The notes below the pieces were generated by a model. The model was not told the DNA's origin. It made no database searches and saw nothing but the letters and a program-made list of their open reading frames with translations. DNA of 64,000 bases, taken from positions 798-64,797 of the forward strand of contig JAKPDB010000176.1 of assembly GCA_029552985.1 (NCBI GenBank), in the 5' to 3' direction. This DNA is from a bacterium. GTDB taxonomy: Bacteria > Ratteibacteria > UBA8468 > B48-G9 > DTJG01. This document shows positions 40,669-49,954 of the stretch, piece after piece (the first letter of the stretch is position 1; each line of letters begins with the position of its first letter). The position numbers were made by a program, and so were the translations under genes.

Positions 40669-42363
40669 ATGTTATCAGATCTTGAAATTGCACAAAAAGC
40701 AAAAATAAAAGACATTCGAGAAATCGCTGAGAGTATTGGTATTGATGAGGAATTTCTTGAGCTTTATGGAAATTATAAAGCAAAGGTTTCTCTTGAAATT
40801 ATGAGGAAGATTGAACACAACCCTCTGGGTAAATACATTGATGTTACTGCCATTACACCAACCCCACTGGGAGAAGGAAAGACGGTTACCACAATAGGAC
40901 TCTCGCAAGCAATTGGAAAGCTTAAAAAAAGGGTTTTCACCTGTATCCGTCAACCATCTCTTGGACCTGTATTCGGCATTAAGGGAGGTGCAGCAGGAGG
41001 CGGATACTCACAGGTTATTCCGATGGAGGATTTCAATCTTCACCTAACAGGAGATGTTCACGCTGTTGGGATTGCTCATAATCTTCTGGCTGCATTTATT
41101 GATAACTCTCTTTTAAAAGGCAATCCTCTAAATATTGATCCACTTTCAATCACCTGGCCAAGAGTAGTTGATGTAAGCGATAGAGCACTTCGCCACATCA
41201 TTATAGGCCTTGGCGGAAAAGATGATGGAATTCCAAGGGAAACAGGTTTTGATATCACAGTCGCCTCAGAAGTAATGGCAATTCTTGCGTTAACCAGCGA
41301 TATTTTTGACTTGAAAAAAAGATTATCAAACATTATTATTGGAACAACAAAAAAGGGTGCACCTGTAACAGCGGCAGATTTGAAAGCTTCTGGTGCAATG
41401 ACAGTTCTCCTAAAGGATGCAATTAAGCCAACATTGATGCAAACACTTGAACATACCCCTGTGTTTGTCCATGCGGGACCTTTTGCAAATATTGCGCATG
41501 GAAACAGTTCAATTATAGCAGATAAAATTGCACTTCGCCTCGCAGATTATGTTGTAACAGAAAGCGGTTTCGGCGCAGATTGCGGATTTGAAAAGTTTGC
41601 AAATATCAAGTGCAGATATAGCGGATTGAAACCAGATTGCGTGGTAATTGTTTGTTCCATCAGGGCTTTGAAAATGCACAGTGGACAATTCAAGGTTATA
41701 CCAGGAAAACCTCTCGATAAAGGACTGATTGAAGAAAATCTGGACGCTATAAAAAAGGGTTCAACCAATCTTACAAAACATATCGAAAACGTTAGTCTTT
41801 TTGGAATTCCCGCTGTGGTGGCAATCAATCGATTTACCACTGACACAGAAAGAGAAGTTGAGCTGGTAAAAGAATTGGCTCTTAATGCAGGAGCAAAGGC
41901 AGCAGAAGTAAGCAATGTCTGGGCAGAAGGTGGGAATGGCGGACTATCTCTTGCAAGCAAGGTTCTGGAGGCATGCGAAGAAAAACACGACTTCCATTTT
42001 CTTTATCCGCTTGAAAAATCTATAAAGGAAAAAATAGAAATCATCGCGACAAAAATTTATGGAGCTGAAAGAGTTTCTTATTCGCCAACGGCAGAAGAAA
42101 AAATAAAATTGTACACCCGCTGGGGATTCAACAGTCTACCAATCTGTATGGCAAAGACCCATCTTTCTCTATCCCATGACCCTAATCTCAAGGGTGCACC
42201 GAAAGGATTTACTCTACCGATAGAAGACGTACGGCTTTCAGCAGGAGCTGGATTTATATACCCGCTCTGTGGAAAGATGAGGACCATGCCCGGACTCCCG
42301 ACAGAACCTGCAGGAACGCGCGTGGACATAGACGAAAAAGGTAGAATTGTTGGCCTCTTTTAG
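40669..42363 (+). CDS. fhs: formate--tetrahydrofolate ligase
   Basis: MLSDLEIAQKAK...TPTPLGEGKTVTTIGL. The ATG at 40669 is preceded by GGGAGG. The track start at 40543 is an artefactual extension into folD. Confidence 0.95.
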   Translation: MLSDLEIAQKAKIKDIREIAESIGIDEEFLELYGNYKAKVSLEIMRKIEHNPLGKYIDVTAITPTPLGEGKTVTTIGLSQAIGKLKKRVFTCIRQPSLGPVFGIKGGAAGGGYSQVIPMEDFNLHLTGDVHAVGIAHNLLAAFIDNSLLKGNPLNIDPLSITWPRVVDVSDRALRHIIIGLGGKDDGIPRETGFDITVASEVMAILALTSDIFDLKKRLSNIIIGTTKKGAPVTAADLKASGAMTVLLKDAIKPTLMQTLEHTPVFVHAGPFANIAHGNSSIIADKIALRLADYVVTESGFGADCGFEKFANIKCRYSGLKPDCVVIVCSIRALKMHSGQFKVIPGKPLDKGLIEENLDAIKKGSTNLTKHIENVSLFGIPAVVAINRFTTDTEREVELVKELALNAGAKAAEVSNVWAEGGNGGLSLASKVLEACEEKHDFHFLYPLEKSIKEKIEIIATKIYGAERVSYSPTAEEKIKLYTRWGFNSLPICMAKTHLSLSHDPNLKGAPKGFTLPIEDVRLSAGAGFIYPLCGKMRTMPGLPTEPAGTRVDIDEKGRIVGLF

Positions 42364-42370
42364 GAGATTT

Positions 42371-43804
42371 ATGACAGTATTGCCTGAACTCATCATAGAA
42401 CAGATAAAAAATATTGGTATTAAGAGCGGTATAACACCTTATCTTGTTGGCGGCTATATTAGAGACAAATTTTTAAGACGCAGAACGCATGATATTGATG
42501 TCATGGTAGAAACTGATGCCCTTGAGTTTGCACGACTCTTTGCAAAAACATACGGATATCCCTCACCAATTTTTTACGGAAGATTTGGCACAGCAATGAT
42601 TGAAATTAACAAAAACAAAATAGAATTTGCAACCGCAAGAAAAGAAAGTTATGACGAAAACTCTCGAAAACCCCATGTAAAACCAGCCACAGTACTTGAA
42701 GATCTGGCACGTCGAGATTTTACTATCAATGCGATAGCGTTGAATTTATTAACTGGCCAGATACTTGACCCATTTGGCGGAAAAAAAGATATCCGGGCAA
42801 GAATCATCAGAACACCAGTTGACCCTGATAAAACATTCTATGACGACCCACTCAGAATTCTTAGAGGTATACGATTTGCAACAACATTAAATTTCAACAT
42901 AGAAGAAAACACAAAAAGAGCAATGGCAAATAATGCAAAACGTTTGTTAATAGTAAGCCAGGAAAGAATTGCAGATGAAATAATGAAAATTATTGCTGCC
43001 AGAAAGCCATCAAAGGGATTTTTTCTTATGGATGAAATTGGTATACTTGAATTAATTCTACCCGAAGTCGCATTATTGAAAGAAAAAAGAACAAGTCACC
43101 CATGCAAGGAGCTTTTCGAACATACACTTCAAGTACTTGACAACACTGCTTCCCTGACAAAAAGTCCGGTATTTCGATTGGCAGCTCTTCTTCATGATAT
43201 AGGTAAACCCAAAACATTAAAAGTTGAAAACGGCAAAGTATCGTTTCACAGACACGAAATCATTGGCGCAAAAATGAGCATAAAAGTTTGTGAAAAATTG
43301 AAAGTTTCACAAAATGACACAGAAACAATTGGATTACTAATAAGACATCATCTCAGACCTCATCTTCTGGCAAAAGAAAATCCCACTGATACTGCTCTTG
43401 CCCGATTTATTAGAGAAATAGGTGCACATATGAAAGGACTTTTTATTATTGCCAGAGCAGATATCACAAGCAAGAACGAAAAAAAGGTGAATCAGGGAAG
43501 AGAAAAGATTCTCGCTCTGTATGAACGGATAAAACAGGTAAACAAAAAGATGCGTCTGGCAAAATTCAAACTTGCGATTGATGGATTTGATATAATGGAA
43601 ATTCTTAATATCAAACCAGGAAAGCAAGTTGGACTAATTAAGAAAAATTTGGAAGAACTGGTTTTGAGTGGTAAGATTGAAAATAAGAAGAAAGTGTTGA
43701 AGGAATATCTGAAAAAAGCAGGTACCGATATTTTAGCAGGTGTAAACGATGAAAAAAGAAACAATGAATATCCTGTGGGCACCATGGAGAATAAATTTCA
43801 TTAA
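42371..43804 (+). CDS. cca: CCA-adding tRNA nucleotidyltransferase / poly(A) polymerase-family enzyme with an HD domain
   Basis: GGYIRDKFLRRRTHDIDV, RDFTINA, and an HD motif LLHDIGKP. Confidence 0.82.
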   Translation: MTVLPELIIEQIKNIGIKSGITPYLVGGYIRDKFLRRRTHDIDVMVETDALEFARLFAKTYGYPSPIFYGRFGTAMIEINKNKIEFATARKESYDENSRKPHVKPATVLEDLARRDFTINAIALNLLTGQILDPFGGKKDIRARIIRTPVDPDKTFYDDPLRILRGIRFATTLNFNIEENTKRAMANNAKRLLIVSQERIADEIMKIIAARKPSKGFFLMDEIGILELILPEVALLKEKRTSHPCKELFEHTLQVLDNTASLTKSPVFRLAALLHDIGKPKTLKVENGKVSFHRHEIIGAKMSIKVCEKLKVSQNDTETIGLLIRHHLRPHLLAKENPTDTALARFIREIGAHMKGLFIIARADITSKNEKKVNQGREKILALYERIKQVNKKMRLAKFKLAIDGFDIMEILNIKPGKQVGLIKKNLEELVLSGKIENKKKVLKEYLKKAGTDILAGVNDEKRNNEYPVGTMENKFH

Positions 43805-44249
43805 GAAAGTAAAAAGCAAAAAATGTTTCCTCTGTGAAATCAGTAATAAAAAAAGAAGCGAATTTCTTTTATGGAAGGGCACCTATACCATGGTTGTTAT
43901 GAATATCTATCCCTATAACAATGGACATCTCATGATAGCACCCATTAAGCACAAGAAAGATTTTGACAAAATACAGGGAAAAGAGGTCTGCGAAATGTTC
44001 AATATTCTGAAAACAGCCATTCAAATTCTAAACAAAACATTAAAACCACATGGTTTCAACGTAGGCGTCAACCTTGGCAGGTGTGCAGGTGCAGGACTTC
44101 CAGGGCATCTTCATATACACATTGTTCCAAGATGGAATGGGGATACTAACTTTATGCCGTCCATTGCATCTACAAAAGTTATTTCTCAATCTCTCGAAGA
44201 GTTGTCCAGAATACTGAAAAAAGAATTTTTAAAAATTGAGAAAGGGTAA
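43749..44249 (+). CDS. HIT-family nucleotide hydrolase/transferase
   Basis: Histidine triad PGHLHIHIVPR and N-terminal WAPWR. The start could be 43749 or 43764; both overlap the end of cca. Confidence 0.85.
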   Translation: MKKETMNILWAPWRINFIKKVKSKKCFLCEISNKKRSEFLLWKGTYTMVVMNIYPYNNGHLMIAPIKHKKDFDKIQGKEVCEMFNILKTAIQILNKTLKPHGFNVGVNLGRCAGAGLPGHLHIHIVPRWNGDTNFMPSIASTKVISQSLEELSRILKKEFLKIEKG

Positions 44250-44251
44250 AC

Positions 44252-45481
44252 ATGTACATTGCAGATTTTCATATCCACTCGAAATACAGCCGTGCCACCA
44301 GCAAAAATATGGATATAGAACACCTTACCCGCTGGGCAAAAAACAAAGGCATCTCTTTACTCGGAACCGGGGATATTACACATCCGTTATGGTTTTCTGA
44401 ACTCAGAAAAAAGCTTCAACCTTCAGAACAAGCAGGAATTTATAAATTTGATAACATTGACTTTATTTTAACAGGTGAAGTAAACAACATATTCACTAAA
44501 AATAAGGTGGTCAGGAAAATTCACAATATTGTATTTTTTCAATCGTTTGAAGGCGCTGAAACATTTAACAAGAATCTGGAAAAGTTTACAGATTTGCTTA
44601 TTGACGGTAGACCAATTCTTCAGATTGATACAAGGACACTTGCTAAAATGGTTAGAGACGCTGATCCAGAAGGTTTCGTTGTCCCGGCACATATCTGGAC
44701 ACCACACTTTTCGCTATTTGGAGCAAATTCTGGTTTTGACAGAATCGAGGACTGTTTTGAAGAAGAAATTAATAATATTTTTGCGCTTGAAACAGGTCTT
44801 AGCAGTGACCCTCCTATGAATTGGCTACTTTCAATGCTTGACCAGTTTACATTGATTTCAAATTCAGATGCTCATTCGCCACAAAAAATCGGAAGAGAGG
44901 CAAATGTTTTTTCAAAGCCATTCTCTTTTATGGAATTAAAAGAAATTCTTAAAACTCAGGACAAGACAAGATTTTTATTTACAATTGAGTACTTTCCTGA
45001 AGAAGGTAAGTATCACTATGATGGTCATAGATTTTGTAAGGTTCGGCTTTCTCCGGAAGAGACACTAAAGAATAAATTTTTATGTCCTGTATGTGGAAAA
45101 AAGGTGACAGTTGGCGTAATGCATAGAGTGATGACTCTTGCGGATAGAAAAAATCAGAATCAACCTGCAAATAAAATTGGATATAAACGCCTTGTTCCCC
45201 TTGATCAGATTATCGCTTCTGTTTATCAAAAAGATATGGATTCAAATTTCACAATGCAGATGTATACCCAGGTTATCGGCAAACTGGGTCCTGAATTGAA
45301 AATTTTACTTGAGATATCAGAACAGGAGCTGTTTTCAAATTTGCCAAAAGAGCTCGCGACTGGTATAAAACTTGTCAGAGAAGAAAAACTTATTGTTATA
45401 CCTGGATATGATGGAGAATTCGGAACAGTTAAGATCAATCCGCTACTTTCTGAGAGTCAGGTCCAGCAGACCCTTTTTTAA
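44252..45481 (+). CDS. endonuclease Q-like PHP-domain protein (TIGR00375-type)
   Basis: MYIADFHIHSKYSRATS N-terminus, SNSDAHSP, and a Cys motif CPVCGKKVTVGVMHRV; 409 aa. Family recognised from memory of the EndoQ signature. Confidence 0.6.
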   Translation: MYIADFHIHSKYSRATSKNMDIEHLTRWAKNKGISLLGTGDITHPLWFSELRKKLQPSEQAGIYKFDNIDFILTGEVNNIFTKNKVVRKIHNIVFFQSFEGAETFNKNLEKFTDLLIDGRPILQIDTRTLAKMVRDADPEGFVVPAHIWTPHFSLFGANSGFDRIEDCFEEEINNIFALETGLSSDPPMNWLLSMLDQFTLISNSDAHSPQKIGREANVFSKPFSFMELKEILKTQDKTRFLFTIEYFPEEGKYHYDGHRFCKVRLSPEETLKNKFLCPVCGKKVTVGVMHRVMTLADRKNQNQPANKIGYKRLVPLDQIIASVYQKDMDSNFTMQMYTQVIGKLGPELKILLEISEQELFSNLPKELATGIKLVREEKLIVIPGYDGEFGTVKINPLLSESQVQQTLF

Positions 45482-45503
45482 GAAATCGCACGATGCTTTA
45501 ATA

Positions 45504-46496
45504 TTGATTCAGAACAATAACATACTCTCAAGAATCTGGGCGATTTTGTTTTATCCATTATCTCTTTTGTGGCTTTTAGGTTGTTATATCAAATATATTA
45601 GAGCAAACAAGGAGGTGGTAAAAACAGTAGTAGTATCCGTTGGAAATCTGGAAGTAGGTGGTACAGGCAAAACACCCGTAACAATAAAAGTCGCAAAAAT
45701 CCTTAAAAATTCTGCATCAAAAATCTGCATTATAAGTTATGCAAAGAATAGAAAAAGTGTAGACGAATCTATTGTTATCTCAAATGTATTACCAGAATTA
45801 GAGGTTTTGTCCGGGAAAAACCGTAAACAGATATTCTATGAAACTCTTGGCAAAAACCCAGAACTTGTTATTATTGACGACGGGTTTCAGTATTTTGAAA
45901 TTTCTAACAAAATTAATATTGTTCTTGTTGATCCAAAAACACCGGTCAATTTTTTAATTCCATCGGGACGAATGCGCTTTTCCATAAGTTTTCTGAAGTA
46001 TGCAGACGCAATCATTGTGAAGAAAAGAAATACCAATCGAAATTATTCCAGGTTTACTAATCAGATTAAAAAATTCAACAAACCGATTTACTTTTTAGAA
46101 TACTCTCCGTTATATTTAGAAAATGTGCAGGGAGAAAAAATTTCATTGTCTATAGTTAAGAATAAAAAGGTTCTTGCATTTTGTGGTATCGCAAAACCTT
46201 TGGATTTTATCGACAAGGTTGAACAACTTGGTCCTCAGGAAATTTACGCAACATGGTATCCTGACCATTTTCAATATTGTGAAAAAGATGCAGAGGAACT
46301 ACAGGAAATTTTCTTTCGGATGAACCTTGATATTGCAATCACTACTGAAAAAGACCTTGTAAAACTTAAAAATCTGAAGATAATTATACCCTTATATGGG
46401 CTTGTTATCGAAACAAAAATCGAACCCGATCAATCTTTTAAAAGATGGCTTTTTGAAAAATTTTTTAATACGAAAGAAGAATTGCTCAACTATTGA
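45504..46496 (+). CDS. lpxK: tetraacyldisaccharide 4'-kinase
   Basis: VVSVGNLEVGGTGKTP P-loop, followed by IIDDGFQ. I favour the TTG at 45504, just after the upstream stop. The ATG at 45372 would overlap the previous gene by 110 nt. Confidence 0.8.
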   Translation: MIQNNNILSRIWAILFYPLSLLWLLGCYIKYIRANKEVVKTVVVSVGNLEVGGTGKTPVTIKVAKILKNSASKICIISYAKNRKSVDESIVISNVLPELEVLSGKNRKQIFYETLGKNPELVIIDDGFQYFEISNKINIVLVDPKTPVNFLIPSGRMRFSISFLKYADAIIVKKRNTNRNYSRFTNQIKKFNKPIYFLEYSPLYLENVQGEKISLSIVKNKKVLAFCGIAKPLDFIDKVEQLGPQEIYATWYPDHFQYCEKDAEELQEIFFRMNLDIAITTEKDLVKLKNLKIIIPLYGLVIETKIEPDQSFKRWLFEKFFNTKEELLNY

Positions 46497-46519
46497 AATG
46501 CAGAAATCTATGTTATAAT
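46493..46519 (+). promoter_or_regulatory. putative extended -10 promoter (TTGAAA-15-TGTTATAAT) placing +1 on the ATG of the next gene
   Basis: TTGAAA at 46493-46498 overlaps the lpxK stop. TGT+TATAAT lies at 46511-46519. Seven nt separate the -10 from the ATG at 46527. No Shine-Dalgarno sequence is present. Confidence 0.4.
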
Positions 46520-46526
46520 TAGTATA

Positions 46527-47477
46527 ATGGAACGATTTGAACCAAAAAAATTTATCACCAGGAAAATTCAGAATCTCCGTTCCCAGGCCAGCGGAAAACG
46601 CATCATTGTGGCTGTTTCTGGTGGAATCGATAGTATGGTTTGCTTTGAAATCGCCAGAAAGGCAACAATAAAACAGGAGGGGCAAACAATACCTTTTATT
46701 ATTGATACAGGTCTAATGAGACAAAACGAAGTTAAACAGATCGAAGAATATTTCAGAAAGAAATACAATATAGAACTTCAACGATGGGATAAACAAAATG
46801 ACTTCATTTCGGCATTAAAAGGAATCATCTCGCCTGAAGAGAAAAGGAAAACTTTCAGAGACGTTTTTTATAGAATTATGAGTCAGGCAATGAGAAGTTA
46901 CGCAGCAGATTTACTGGTTCAAGGGACAATACTTTCAGATATCGTTGAAACCCAAAAGGGAATAAAAACACATTTTAATGTATTACACGAAGCAGGAATT
47001 AATCCTGCAAACTATGGATTAAATCTATTTGAGCCCCTGAAAGAATTGACAAAATCTCGGGTTAAAATGGTCGCCAAAAATCTTGACATCCCACCAAAGT
47101 TTTTAAGAATTCAGCCATTTCCCGGACCTGGTTTTGCATTGCGAATCACAGGAGAAGTAACCTATGAACGAGTTGAAAAAATCAGGAAGGCCACTGAGAT
47201 TGTGGAATCAGAATTGATGAGTCCCAAAATTTTTCAGGGTTTTCCTGTATTACTCACTGATAAAGCAACAGGTATTCAAAACGAATCTGCATTTGTGGGC
47301 GATATCATAGCAATCAGGATTGTAGAATCCAAGGATTCTCTGACCGCCAGGTCATATAGAATACCCTGGATAAAACTTGACAAAATTGCAAAGAGAATTC
47401 TTACAGAAATTCCGGGTATTGCAAGGGTTCTTTATGATGTAACACCGAAACCGCCTGGTACTATAGAATTTGTATAA
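46527..47477 (+). CDS. guaA: GMP synthase ATP-pyrophosphatase + dimerisation domains only (subunit-B-like; no glutaminase domain)
   Basis: PP-loop VAVSGGIDSMV, PEEKRKTF, LVQGTILSDIVE, FPGPGFALRI, and a C-terminus PKPPGTIEFV. At 316 aa it lacks an N-terminal class I GATase. Confidence 0.8.
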   Translation: MERFEPKKFITRKIQNLRSQASGKRIIVAVSGGIDSMVCFEIARKATIKQEGQTIPFIIDTGLMRQNEVKQIEEYFRKKYNIELQRWDKQNDFISALKGIISPEEKRKTFRDVFYRIMSQAMRSYAADLLVQGTILSDIVETQKGIKTHFNVLHEAGINPANYGLNLFEPLKELTKSRVKMVAKNLDIPPKFLRIQPFPGPGFALRITGEVTYERVEKIRKATEIVESELMSPKIFQGFPVLLTDKATGIQNESAFVGDIIAIRIVESKDSLTARSYRIPWIKLDKIAKRILTEIPGIARVLYDVTPKPPGTIEFV

Positions 47478-47514
47478 CTGTGTGTTTCTGTAACTTTTAA
47501 ATTCTAATTCAGAT

Positions 47515-48120
47515 ATGACTGGCATAATAAACTACGGCGCTGGTAATATTTTTAGTGTTATCGTCAGCATCAGAAATTTGCATGAGGAAGTGATGGTTGT
47601 GTCAAAACCAGAAATGTTGAGAAATATCGATAGGATTATACTGCCAGGAGTCGGAGCTTTTGACCATGCAATGAAATATTTAAAAAAAACAGGCTTATCT
47701 GAGGCAGTAAAAGAAGAGATTAAAAAAGGTAAGTTTCTTCTCGGGATATGTCTTGGCTTACAGATGTTTTTTGAACATAGCGAAGAAGGAAAATTAAAAG
47801 GGCTTGGACTCATAAAAGGAGAAGTAAGAAAGTTGCCGGGTAAGGAAAATCTACCTGTTCCCCATATGGGATGGAATACTGTCAATATAATCCGTGATTC
47901 AAAGTTTCTCAAAAATTTACAGGATAATTCCTTTTTTTATTTCGCCCATTCGTTTTACTGCGTTCCTGAAGAAAAAAGCACTGTAGTAGCACTTACATCC
48001 TATGGAATAGAATTTGCTTCTGTCGTACAAAAAGATAACATTATAGGGGTACAGTTTCATCCTGAAAAAAGTGCAAAACATGGATTGCGCTTGTTAAAAA
48101 ATTTTTTGAGAATGAAATAA
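47515..48120 (+). CDS. hisH: imidazole glycerol phosphate synthase, glutamine amidotransferase subunit
   Basis: ILPGVGAF, the nucleophile motif GICLGLQMF, and FHPEKS. Located directly upstream of hisF. Confidence 0.9.
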   Translation: MTGIINYGAGNIFSVIVSIRNLHEEVMVVSKPEMLRNIDRIILPGVGAFDHAMKYLKKTGLSEAVKEEIKKGKFLLGICLGLQMFFEHSEEGKLKGLGLIKGEVRKLPGKENLPVPHMGWNTVNIIRDSKFLKNLQDNSFFYFAHSFYCVPEEKSTVVALTSYGIEFASVVQKDNIIGVQFHPEKSAKHGLRLLKNFLRMK

Positions 48121-48121
48121 T

Positions 48122-48883
48122 ATGCTTGCAAAAAGAATAATTCCCTGTCTTGATGTCAAGGATGGAAAAGTAGTAAAAGGAATTCATTTTAAAAATCTCA
48201 GACAGGCGGGAGAAGTCGTAGACCTTGCGAAGTATTATTCCGACCAGGAAGCTGATGAACTTGTATTCCTTGACATCAGCGCAACTTCCGAAGGACGTAA
48301 GACCTTGAAAAACCTGGTGAAAAATGTGGCATCAAATATTTCTATACCCTTCACTGTGGGCGGCGGCATCAAATCAATTGATGACATTCTCATTCTTCTT
48401 GAAAATGGCGCCGATAAGGTCTCCATTAACACTCAGGCAGTAAGGAATCCAAATATCGTCTATGAAGCAGCAAAGAAGTTTGGAAGCCAATGCATTGTCG
48501 TCGCAATTGATGCAAAAAGAATGGGAAGTCATCGCTGGGATGTTTATATCGAATCCGGGAAAATTCCAACAGGGATCAATGTAAAAGAATGGGCTAAACA
48601 GGTAGAGGACCTTGGCGCAGGTGAAATTCTTCTTACAAGTATTGACACCGATGGTACATTAGCCGGATATGATTTTCAATTGTTAACGAACATTACAAAA
48701 GCAGTAAAAATTCCGGTCATTGCTTCAGGAGGGGCTGGCTCGCTCGAGCACATTTACAAAGCTGTTACGGAATGTCGTGCTTCAGCCGTGTTGCTTGCAT
48801 CACTGCTTCACTTTAAAACCTTTACAATAAAACAAATAAAAAAATTTCTTGCTGAAAGAAAAATCCCTGTTAGAATGAATTAG
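48122..48883 (+). CDS. hisF: imidazole glycerol phosphate synthase cyclase subunit
   Basis: [24 protein letters not shown] and ASGGAG motifs. Confidence 0.95.
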   Translation: MLAKRIIPCLDVKDGKVVKGIHFKNLRQAGEVVDLAKYYSDQEADELVFLDISATSEGRKTLKNLVKNVASNISIPFTVGGGIKSIDDILILLENGADKVSINTQAVRNPNIVYEAAKKFGSQCIVVAIDAKRMGSHRWDVYIESGKIPTGINVKEWAKQVEDLGAGEILLTSIDTDGTLAGYDFQLLTNITKAVKIPVIASGGAGSLEHIYKAVTECRASAVLLASLLHFKTFTIKQIKKFLAERKIPVRMN

Positions 48884-48889
48884 AATACC

Positions 48890-49954
48890 ATGGATATTCT
48901 TGTGCTGGATGATGGTATTCCTGGAAATACTAACCAGTCTGTTGGAGTTGCCGAAGCCACTGGCTACAAATTCCACATTCTACGCGTAAAATTCAAAGGG
49001 CCATCATACAAACTACCAGGAAGAAAAGGCTCTACAAAAATTGTAACAAAAATTATTGCTTTCTTATTAAAAGTCAGGGCTTACAAACTTGCTGAGATGA
49101 TTTTCAGAATATTCTCAAAAACTAATATCCCTGCGAAAAAATTTGATATTGTAATCTCCGCCGGCTCTTTTCTTGCGCCTGTAAATCTTATTATTTCCAG
49201 AAAACTGGCTGCCAGGTCAATCTGTATCATGACACCTGAAACGGTACCACTAAAACAATTCGACCTTTTAATTGTTCCCGTACATGATGTTGTTCGTTAT
49301 CCTTTTCTTGCAAAATTTAAAAACACTCTCGTTACCATCGGGGCACCGAATAGAGTAAATGCCGATTTATTGAAATCCGCAAAGTCAAAAATGCTGAACA
49401 AAATAAAAATACCCGAAAAAACCAAAATAGGAATTATCATAGGAGGCAATGACCAGAACTATTATATAGATACTGAATGGGCAAACAAACTCTTGTCCGT
49501 GTTGAAAATGCTGGCAGAAAAGGATTTTGCCTTTTTCCTTACAACCTCAAGAAGGACACCAGAAAGTATTGTTTATTTTCTAAAAGAAACAACAAACATT
49601 CAAAATTTCGTATACCGAGAGTTTCCAGGAATAAGCTTTGATTCACATTATTTTGGAATTCTGGCAATCTGTGATATTCTTTTTGTAACTGAAGATAGCA
49701 TCACGATGATGTCTGAGGCGTGTTCCACCGGTAAACCTGTAATTGTTCTGGGTACCGGTAGAAAAAGAAAAAAGATTGTTTTCGATACAACCATAGAGAC
49801 ACTTGTTAAAAACAAATATTGTTTGTATATCTCGGCTGACGAATTTGAAAAAATTCCAGAGTTTCTATTAAAAATTTCCAATTTAAGAACTTTTTCAATC
49901 CTTGATGATTCAACACAATGCGCAAAGAAAATCATAAATCTGGTGAATCAGTAA
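48890..49954 (+). CDS. ELM1/DUF1022-family protein (putative GT-B-like enzyme associated with LPS loci)
   Basis: ILVLDDGIPGNTNQSVGVAEATG, DIVISAGS and FDLLIVPVHD follow the ELM1-family pattern as I remember it. Confidence 0.5.
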   Translation: MDILVLDDGIPGNTNQSVGVAEATGYKFHILRVKFKGPSYKLPGRKGSTKIVTKIIAFLLKVRAYKLAEMIFRIFSKTNIPAKKFDIVISAGSFLAPVNLIISRKLAARSICIMTPETVPLKQFDLLIVPVHDVVRYPFLAKFKNTLVTIGAPNRVNADLLKSAKSKMLNKIKIPEKTKIGIIIGGNDQNYYIDTEWANKLLSVLKMLAEKDFAFFLTTSRRTPESIVYFLKETTNIQNFVYREFPGISFDSHYFGILAICDILFVTEDSITMMSEACSTGKPVIVLGTGRKRKKIVFDTTIETLVKNKYCLYISADEFEKIPEFLLKISNLRTFSILDDSTQCAKKIINLVNQ

